64,000 nt of DNA from positions 6,510,001 to 6,574,000 of the forward strand of contig OZ218950.1 in NCBI GenBank assembly GCA_965112735.1, written 5' to 3'. The notes beneath the pieces were generated by a model. The model was not told the origin of the DNA, searched no databases, and saw only the letters and a program-made list of their open reading frames with translations. The stretch's first letter is position 1. Each line of letters opens with the position of its first letter. The position numbers were made by a program, and so were the translations under genes. Source of the stretch: Phaeosaccion multiseriatum. Lineage: Eukaryota; Protista; Ochrophyta, other classes. Shown here piece by piece: positions 1 to 8,024 of this stretch.

Positions 1-725
1 AGTCTTAGACTCGGGGCGGACGGAAGGAGACCGATCAGTCCACTATTTTATATAGAGCAGACACACACGCACACACGTACAGGAGGCGTGTGTCGGAGGG
101 GGGGGGGGGGGGGGTTACCAAAGCCAGGATGGATGGATGAAAGGTCCTGGAGGATCCATGCTCATGCAAAGGCCGCCGCCCGCCTACCCATCCATCGGAA
201 GAGGCCTACGCTCACAGACAGCAAGAGGACGAGAGCGAGGGATAAGGATAAGCCCACTTCAAGGGAGATGCTCTGGTAAGTAGGAAACTCTATATTATTG
301 CTATGATTACCCTACATGTAACTCTAATATGTGCACACAAGCCGGCAAAAGTGGAACAGCACAGTGCTCTCAACACAACACACGTAACGCATTACGTAAC
401 ATCCCGTCTCAGCCCCACACCGCTCGAATCCTCTCCTGCTCGAGCCCCGCTGCGATGTGCCTGCCTTCATTCCAAGCTCCAGCGTCCCCTTCCCTGTGGT
501 GTGTCTATCTGTGTTGCGCGTTCCATCCACCACTGCTACAGCAGCCAGAAGCAGATGAAACTGCTCCTGTGCTGCCGAGAAGGCGCACTCACACGCTCTG
601 CTTGCACGAATCCCCCCCACCCCTTCTCCCCCTTTGCCTTGGCGCGATCTGTGGCAAGCCCCGGTCCAGGCACAGGGGCGACCTGACGCTCCTCCCGTCC
701 ACGGCAGTATATCAGTATCCTCCAT
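1..725 (-). CDS. Possible 5' part of a spliced gene running off the left edge (hypothetical protein)
   Basis: Minus-strand ATG at 725, plausible acceptors near 207 and 46, and a donor at 118 give short open exons (ASSDGWVGG...SILAL / WTDRSPSVRPESKT). No recognisable domain. Confidence 0.25.
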
Positions 726-805
726 CCCCCGCGTCGAGACAAGGGCTCACCGTGACTTGAGAGGCTGCGCCCACAAGGTTCTTCGCTTTCCTTCGTGATC
801 ATAGC

Positions 806-2219
806 CTAGGCCTTCTTCTTCTTCTTCTCCACGACCTTCTTGGGCTCAATCGCCTGCCACACCTTGGTTGCTAAGACGGCCCCGGCAGTGGGAGCCAACA
901 GATACACAAAGGCGAAATCCGAAGTAAAGAAGTTGGGTACCGCGAAGTAGGCCCAAGACACGGCGATCATGGGGTTCATCGCAGGGCCAGTCCTTGCTCC
1001 AGCGCAAATGAGGCCTGTGGTACATGGAGAGGAGGGAAGGAGGGAAGGGCGGGGGGGGGGTGGGGTGGCAAAGAGGGAATGGGGGTGTGAGGGAAGGAAG
1101 GAAGGGGAGGGAAGAAGGGAAGGAAGGAAGGAAGGAAGAGGGACGAAAGGAAGTCACAGCGAGTTGCAGAACACCACCGCACGGCAGAGGAAGGTAAGAG
1201 AGACTTCGACCCTTGGGGCTGTTGTACTGAGACAGTGAGTCAGTGAATCCGTGAGTCAAGCAAGTCCGTCAGTCGAAGGCAGTCAGTCAATCAGTGAGGC
1301 ACTCATTTAGTCAGTCAGTCAGTGAGTGAGCCAGTCAGTGAGCTAGCCAATCAGCCAGTCAGTCCAGACAGTCCGTCAGTCAGCAGCTAGACACTTCTTC
1401 CCGTACTCTTCCACCAGTCTTTCAGTCCGCGGTCCGACACACCTCTGATGCCGGCGGCAATGCAAGGTCGCTGCGTCGGTAATCCGATTTGCGTGACCGA
1501 CACGTACACCAACAGAAGCAGAACAAAGGTCAGCCCGAACTCCCACATGGCACCCTCCTTGACCTCGGCGTCGTCAGCGAGAGTGGGGCCGCCCATCTCA
1601 ATGTAGGCAGGGAGGACCTTGGCGATGATGGGGAAGGCCACAATGCCACCGCACATCTGCCCTATGATGCGCACCACCATGGTTTGGAAGTCATTCCAGC
1701 CGTAAAAGAAGGTGGCCACAGATACAGAGGGGTTCACCTGAGAGCCGCCCGTGATGTAGTCGTGCTGTGAGGGTAAAAGAGTCGGAGCGGCAGCAGTGGC
1801 GGCGATGGTAGTAGGAGCAGTAGTAAGTGGTAGAAGGCACGAGGGGGGGGATGGCGTTCGCGCGTGTGTCAGTGTCGTGAGGACTCTCGAGGGGTGAGTC
1901 TTGACGCGGATCAGCTTGGATGACTTACGAGCATGACACAGAAGAAGTGCTGGATCCATCCGGACCAAGAGTCTCCGAGGAAGCTTCCAAAGGGAAAGAG
2001 CAGTACCAGGAGCATGAAGGAGCCGAAGCTCTCCTGTGGTCAGGGAGGAGAGCAGGAGGAGCGCATGAATGTAGCAATTTGAGTGCGATAATGAGCGGTG
2101 CGGCCTTTCCTTCTCCCCGCTCAGCAGCAAACAACAGCAGCACCAGGAGAAGCAACAGCAGGGTCAAGTCTGTGCCCCCTCACCTGCAGAAAGACTCCGA
2201 TAACCTTTCCGGCCGCCAT
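806..2219 (-). CDS. Major intrinsic protein (aquaporin), heterokont LIP-type; 4 exons (2184-2219, 1929-2033, 1443-1764, 806-1014), about 223 aa
   Basis: The spliced product is in frame across GT-AG introns. It has hydrophobic helices, first loop motif GGSQVNPS, second motif TGPAMNPM (NPM in place of the second NPA is the hallmark of LIPs) and C-terminal KKKKKA (dilysine ER-retrieval-like). Confidence 0.9.
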
Positions 2220-2365
2220 CACGAAATGAAATGGGAATGGTTTGGATCCCATGCGCGTGGATTAGAGTGCCATCCGCCCCCTCTCCCCCTATCCATAAAT
2301 TTCTCCCCCTATCCTTTTCTCTTTCATTGCCTATGTGAGTTTGGACGGTTTTAGTAAGGGGCGGC

Positions 2366-3868
2366 ATGATGATGCTCAGTAGGAGGGAGAAAGCGTTAAC
2401 CATGGAGGTGGCTGTGCGAGAGCAGGAGATCAACGAGCTGCAAGGCTTTGTGGCGGACCTGTACCGAGCTCGAAGGTGAGGATGTGAGCCAAGGCGACCT
2501 TCGTTGGGGACGGGGGCTGCTGCTGCGAGGCTGGAAGGGGGGTGAACAACGCAAGCAACATGCTGCTGGTGCTATGCAGCGACCGCCCAGACTCAGAATG
2601 GCATGGATGAGCCACAGCAGTAGAGGAGCAGCAGCAAGATCCACCATGGGTTGTTTCGGGACAAGCAAGCGCGTCTCGCTTTTACTTTTCCTCTCAAGCC
2701 CTTGCCTGCTGCCGCACCCCCTCTTTCTATCCTAGCCTTTCTCACTCCCTCCCTCTCTCCCTCCCTCCTTCTCCCCACCCCCCATCGCATATCTGTCCCT
2801 CCCTTCCCCTCTCCCCCCACGTATATCTGTCCCTCCCTTCCCCTCCCCCCACCTCTTCTTTCCCTCCCCGAAAAAACGAAAAGAGAGCCCAATGACTTTA
2901 CCCACAGCATCTACACGGACCCAGCCGTGAACGCGGAGTTCAAGCTCTTGCGTTTGGCCCTCGATAAGGCCGAAAAGAAGGTCAGCAAACTCGAGGCTGC
3001 GGCTGCCGCTACCGCAGCCGCTCCCTCTGCCGCTTCTGCAGCTGCGGATGGTGGCAGCAAGGAAGGGGGGGCAGAGGGAGGGAATGAGACGGAGGCATTG
3101 TTGAAAGCTGAGATTGAAGCTTTGAAAAAGCAGCTACTGGACAAGAGTAGTGGGGGAGAGGGGGACAGCGCACCAGTCGAGGCAACTGAAGGGGGCGGGA
3201 GCGGCGCGGCCACCACGAGGGCGTTGGAAAATGCACGGGTAGAAGTCACTCATGCGCTGGAAGCCAAGGCCTTAGCAGAGGTGTGTGGAGCCGACTTACG
3301 GAAGCAGTTGGAGGAGGCCCACGAGTACATTGCCGAGATTGAGGAGGAGCGAGAGGACTTGTTTGACAAGGTGCGGCTACTGAGGAAACGGTTGGGACTC
3401 TCATCGGAGGAGGAAGTCGAGGAAGAGAAAGAGGAAGAAGAGCTCGGGGAGGACGAGAAGGAGAAGGAGGAGAAGGCGGAGGAAGGGAGGAGTGTAAAGG
3501 CGACCGAGGCGGTAGATGAAAGCATGGGACAATCGAGAGAGTCCGCACGGGGGGGAGGGGAAGGAGGAGGGGGGAAACATGGAGACGCAAGGGGCTCAAG
3601 ACGGGACGACGAGAGGGAGCAGCAGCAGTACACTGACAGAGGCCGGCGGCGCGATGGAGAGGGGGGAGAGAGGAAGGACAGCCGGAAGAGGAGGCGGGGG
3701 GGAGGGGGTGGCGATGATGACGGGGGAGAAGATGGAGGGTTTACAAGTCGAGGAGGAGGAGGAGGAGGAGGAGGAGCAGCAGCAGGAGGAGGAGGAGGAC
3801 GAGGGGGAGGAGGAGGAGGAGGAGGAGGAGGAGGAGGCAGCAGGTCATCCAGGTCCAGACGAAGGTAA
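2366..3868 (+). CDS. WTAP/FIP37/Mum2-like coiled-coil protein (putative m6A writer adaptor) with RG/RS-rich tail
   Basis: Exon 2366-2475 (RREKALTMEVAVREQEINELQGFVADL) joins in phase 2 to exon 2908-3868 (IYTDPAVNAEFKLLRLALDKAEKKVSKLE). This matches the remembered FIP37 pattern RRE...REQE..EL...V.DL...DPA..EF..L....E.K.K...L. A mini-exon near 2580-2599 with a GC donor is possible. Confidence 0.7.
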
Positions 3869-4048
3869 AGCGCTACCTCGGTGGTGCGTGTTCGGCTCAG
3901 GTCTGTTGTGCTGGGTAGCAGATTTGAGCGCTGCTTGGGGGGGGGGGATTTGCGTTGTTCATGCTGCATACAATCCGATAAATTAATTAAATTAAATTAA
4001 AAAAAAAAAGGAAAAAACGATTGAATAATCACAGTAATAATGTAATAA

Positions 4049-4431
4049 CCCTAACCCCGATAATGTCATACAGTTAAGGTCATAGAAATGGGACATTATT
4101 TTTTCGAAGGGCCGGAATCGAGGTTTCCGACGGTCATTTTTTTTCGTCCTTAGAATTGGAGTTTGAGCTCACTCTCCACGTGTGGATGATGCAATCCACT
4201 GATGCCTTCGTCGCGTGAGGCGCCGACGAGAATATGACATTAGCCTGTTTTTTGCATCGCCCTCAAATGACGACGCGACCAGTGATTGCATCATCCGCAC
4301 GTGGAGGTGTAGTCAAGAATGAGCTCTAATGCTCACTCCAAGGACGCAAAAAAATGACGGTCGGAAACCTCGATTTTGGCCCTTCGAAAAAATAATGTCC
4401 CATTTCTATGACCATAAATTTGGGGTTAGGG
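4049..4431. mobile_element. Foldback MITE with piggyBac-like termini, 4-bp TSD ATAA
   Basis: Terminal inverted repeat CCCTAACCCC (4049-4058) / GGGGTTAGGG (4422-4431), with ATAA directly outside both ends (4045-4048, 4432-4435). A long subterminal inverted repeat of about 70 bp (GGTCATAGAAATGGGACATTATTTTTTCGAAGGGCC..., from 4078 versus ending 4413) and a further inner repeat follow. No ORF. Confidence 0.85.
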
Positions 4432-4603
4432 ATAACCAAAAAAAAGAAAGAAAGGGGGGGAATTTGAGATGGCACTTGATGGTGGTGTAAAGCACGTCCT
4501 TTTTCCAAGGAGGCTGTGAGAAGCCATCCAAAGCTCTGTGGACGAAGCAAGTGTCAATTTCACACGTGGAAAGAGGGAAAAAGAACCAGGCTGGAGGGAA
4601 AGA

Positions 4604-5860
4604 ATGGTGCTCGTCCGAGTCGACGAGAGGGAAGCAAGAGCTGCCATCATGCTTCGGGAGGCGCGTAACTACGCTGCACTTACGGGTTGGACGGAGATTT
4701 ACTTCAATGGAACCTCACGTGTTGTGTCGTTCCATCGGGTGTTGCCAGACGGTAAAGGATGCAGGCTCAATGTGTATTACACGACAGGCACTGTCGGCAC
4801 CGCCTTGGACCATCCCACCCAGAGGAAGACCAAATTGAAATTGTTCAGGCCGGCTTGTGACATGGCCTTGCTGCAGCAGCTGTTTAGGAACCCACGCCTG
4901 CACACCGATCGAGGGTACCAGCGTCGAGAGAACCGCCCTGCCTCTGCTCTCTTTGTGGATGCTGCACAGGATTATCGATGCGCCGGGCAAGGAGAGGAGC
5001 AAGACCTGCTTCAGCATCTGAGCGCCATTGACAGCCAAGTGGCTGAGCTCAGGGCGTACCGTTCCACCATACAATCAAGGGCCGACCAGCTCCGCTCGGC
5101 TCGTGAAGAAAGCGAACGGCGTGAGCGAGAACGTGTTGCGCGCGAAATGGAAGCTGAGCAGGAGCGTGAGAAGCAGCGTGTGGCCAAGTTGGCAGAGCGT
5201 GAACGAGTCCTCGAGCTTGAGAGAAAGTTCACAGAGCGGGGGAGACGTGTGACTTACTACCTCAGACCAGACATGCACGATTTTGTCAACAAAATCCCGC
5301 TGAAAGATGTTGAGTGCATGACTCTGACACCCTCTGTAGTCTGTCTCTACAGCTGCCTGGACGGACAGAGCTACTGGGACGGTGGTTTGGGAGCTGAAGT
5401 GGACAAGGCGCTTCGTACACGGAAGGGAGAGCACTGTAGGCCGACAGCCATCGCCTTGGGAACTCAGGATCGCTATTTCCTTCAGTTTGCCAACGGTAAA
5501 TATCAGTGGAGGGGCCCGCAAAGTCTCGGTGATGAAATTGAGAAGAACAGCGGCATTCGCATGGTAGCTTTTGGTGAGTCGTACGGCAGCTACGTTGTGC
5601 TGTATCGAAATGGGGCCACTGCGTGGTGTCAGGTGCCAACACAACTTGAAAACTACCTCAAGAGCCGCAACCCACGCCTGCCAGTTGCTGACTACGTTAG
5701 TCTTGGTCCCGCTGGTGAGTACTTCATCCGCTACAAGGACGGCTCTTATCGCTTTGGAGGTATGAGCAATGCTTGCCGCGAAGTAATTACTGATTTCGGC
5801 AATCCCCGGGAGGTCACCTTTGGCAACGACGATAACTGCCTTGTCCGTTATAACTCTTGA
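4604..5860 (+). CDS. Intronless uncharacterised protein, copy A (N-terminal RLNVYYTTGTV...HP...LFR...NPR.HT..GY domain, coiled coil, C-terminal beta-repeat domain)
   Basis: Long uninterrupted ORF with normal amino-acid composition, near-identical to 6275-7501. Start at ATG 4604 or 4649. Confidence 0.85.
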   Translation: MVLVRVDEREARAAIMLREARNYAALTGWTEIYFNGTSRVVSFHRVLPDGKGCRLNVYYTTGTVGTALDHPTQRKTKLKLFRPACDMALLQQLFRNPRLHTDRGYQRRENRPASALFVDAAQDYRCAGQGEEQDLLQHLSAIDSQVAELRAYRSTIQSRADQLRSAREESERRERERVAREMEAEQEREKQRVAKLAERERVLELERKFTERGRRVTYYLRPDMHDFVNKIPLKDVECMTLTPSVVCLYSCLDGQSYWDGGLGAEVDKALRTRKGEHCRPTAIALGTQDRYFLQFANGKYQWRGPQSLGDEIEKNSGIRMVAFGESYGSYVVLYRNGATAWCQVPTQLENYLKSRNPRLPVADYVSLGPAGEYFIRYKDGSYRFGGMSNACREVITDFGNPREVTFGNDDNCLVRYNS

Positions 5861-6078
5861 TTTGCCCGCCAGTGTGGCCCCACCCCTGCTGCTCGGTCTC
5901 AATTGGCTGGCCCCCAGAGCGAGGAAGAGGTTCACAGAGCGACGGGGCAAAAAAAAGGGAGAGGGGATGGGTGGGGCCCTTTTTTTACTTTGTAGTACTT
6001 CGAAGTATGTTGGAAGCCGGGTTTTAAAATCACTCACCTCCAAGACACCTAAAAGGCCCCCCCAACTCGGCGATTAGC

Positions 6079-6134
6079 ATAAGGAGGGCCTTCCCCCTTT
6101 TTATGTATAAGGAGGGCCTTCCCCCTTTTTATGT
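6079..6134. repeat. 28-bp perfect tandem direct repeat x2
   Basis: ATAAGGAGGGCCTTCCCCCTTTTTATGT at 6079-6106 and 6107-6134, just before homology to the copy-A upstream region begins. Confidence 0.9.
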
Positions 6135-6274
6135 AACGCCCGCATGGCACTTGATGGTGTATACTTTTTATCTTTCTGGAATGCGTCGTAGAAAAAAGCA
6201 GCTAAAAAAGATTCCACACGTGGAAAAAAGAGGAAAAGAGGTAAAGCAAATGCCTTTCCTCTGACGAGAGCGCA

Positions 6275-7501
6275 ATGGTCGCTATCATGCTTGAGGGGGC
6301 GCGCGAGTACGCTGCACTTACGGGTTGGACGGAGACTTACTTCAATGAAACCTCTCGTGTTGTGTCGTTCCATCGGGTGTTGCCAGACGGTAAAGGATGC
6401 AGGCTCAATGTGTATTACACGACGGGCACTGTCAGCACTTCCTTAGACCATCCCACCCAGGGAAAGACCCAACTATTCAGGGTGGCTTGTGACATGGCCT
6501 TGCTGCAGCAGCTGTTTAGGAACCCACGCCTGCACACCGATCGAGGGTACCAGCGTCGAGAGAACCGCCCTGCCTCTGCTATCTTTGTGGATGCTGCGCA
6601 GGAAGAACAAGTGGTTGACAAGGCCGGGGAAGGAGAGGAGCAAGAACTGCTTCAGCATCTGAGCGCCATTGACAGCCAAGTGGCTGAGCTCAAGGCGTAC
6701 CGTTCCACAATACAATCAAGGGCCGACAAGCTCCGCTCGGCTCGTGAAGAAGGCGAACGGCGTGAGCGAGAACGTGTTGCGCGCGAAAAGGAAGCTGAGC
6801 AGGAGCGTGAGAAGCAGCGTGTGGCCAAGTTGGCAGAGCGTGAACGAGTCCTCGAGCTTGAGAGAAAGTTCACAGAGCGGGGGAGACGTGTGACTTACTA
6901 CCTCAGACCAGACATGCACGATTTTGTCAACAAAATCCCGCTGAAAGATGTTGAGTGCATGACGCTGACACCCTCTGCAGGTTGTCTCTACAGCCGCCTG
7001 GACGGACAGAGCTACTGGGACGGTGGTGGTTTGGGAGCTGAAGTGGACAAGGCGCTTCGTACACGGAAGGGAGAGCACTGTAGGCCGACAGCCATCGCCT
7101 TGGGAACTCAGGATCGCTATTTCCTTCAGTTTGCCAACGGAAAATCTCTGTGGAGGGGCCCGCAAAGTCTCACTGCTGAAATTGAGAAGAACAGCGGCAT
7201 TCGCATGGTAGCTTTTGGTGAGTCGTACGACAGCTATGTTGTGCTGTATCGAAATGGGGCCACTGCGTGGTGTCAGGTGCCAACACAACTTGAAAACTAC
7301 CTCAAGAGCCGCAACCCACGCCTGCCAGTTGCTGACTACGTTAGTCTTGGTCCCGCTGGTGAGTACTTCATCCGCTACAGGGACGGCTCTTATCGCTTTG
7401 GAGGCATGGGCAACGCTTGCCGCGAAGTAATTACTGATGCCGGCAAGCCCCGGGAGGTCACCTTCGGCGGGGGTAGCTGCCTTGTCCGTTACAACTCGTG
7501 A
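6275..7501 (+). CDS. Intronless uncharacterised protein, copy B (408 aa), tandem paralogue of 4604-5860
   Basis: ORF MVAIMLEGAREYAALTGW...CLVRYNS. It shares the upstream ATGGCACTTGATGG and CACACGTGGAAA blocks and the downstream TGATTTGCCCGCCAGTG with copy A. Confidence 0.88.
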   Translation: MVAIMLEGAREYAALTGWTETYFNETSRVVSFHRVLPDGKGCRLNVYYTTGTVSTSLDHPTQGKTQLFRVACDMALLQQLFRNPRLHTDRGYQRRENRPASAIFVDAAQEEQVVDKAGEGEEQELLQHLSAIDSQVAELKAYRSTIQSRADKLRSAREEGERRERERVAREKEAEQEREKQRVAKLAERERVLELERKFTERGRRVTYYLRPDMHDFVNKIPLKDVECMTLTPSAGCLYSRLDGQSYWDGGGLGAEVDKALRTRKGEHCRPTAIALGTQDRYFLQFANGKSLWRGPQSLTAEIEKNSGIRMVAFGESYDSYVVLYRNGATAWCQVPTQLENYLKSRNPRLPVADYVSLGPAGEYFIRYRDGSYRFGGMGNACREVITDAGKPREVTFGGGSCLVRYNS

Positions 7502-7566
7502 TTTGCCCGCCAGTGAGGGGCGGGGCCACTACTGTGGTGAGGGAATCTTCTTAGTTCATTAGAGTA

Positions 7567-7846
7567 TCGCCCCCGTGCACGCCTAGCGGCCTAGGCCTAT
7601 TTTGGAAAATTGCCCGGCCTAGCGAGGGCCGTAGGCCCTCGGCCTATTTATAGGCCGCCTAGGCGGCGGCCTAGGCGGGCCGGAGGCCCGCGGCCTAGGC
7701 CCCATATGCCCCTGGCTATAGGCCGCCTAGGGCTGAAAAGTGAGCGGCCTAGAGCGGCCGGAGGCCGCCGGCCTAGGCCTATTTCGACCGAAGGCCGAGC
7801 GGCCTAGCGGCCTAGAGCCAAAACCGCTAGGCGTGCACGGGGGCGA
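7567..7846. mobile_element. 280-bp MITE with 23-bp TIRs and 6-bp TSD AGAGTA
   Basis: TCGCCCCCGTGCACGCCTAGCGG from 7567 and its exact reverse complement ending at 7846. AGAGTA at 7561-7566 and 7847-7852. The interior is built of GGCCTAG/CTAGGCC units. Confidence 0.9.
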
Positions 7847-8024
7847 AGAGTAGCTTGCTTTGAGTGACTTAGGAAGAAAAACAATAAGTCAACATTTCAA
7901 CATTTCGGCGCGAGTTTCGCCTTTCGCCGGAACATCTCATCAGCACTTCAGCAAAGTGATACACAGCAATTCAAGCTCCGATTCCCCCAAACGCCAAGGA
8001 GATTTCTCCTGCTCAATCCCCGCG

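Noticed and set aside
4049-7852. Single autonomous composite transposon
   Set aside because: The two MITEs have different TIRs and their own TSDs, and neither ORF shows transposase, integrase or RT motifs.
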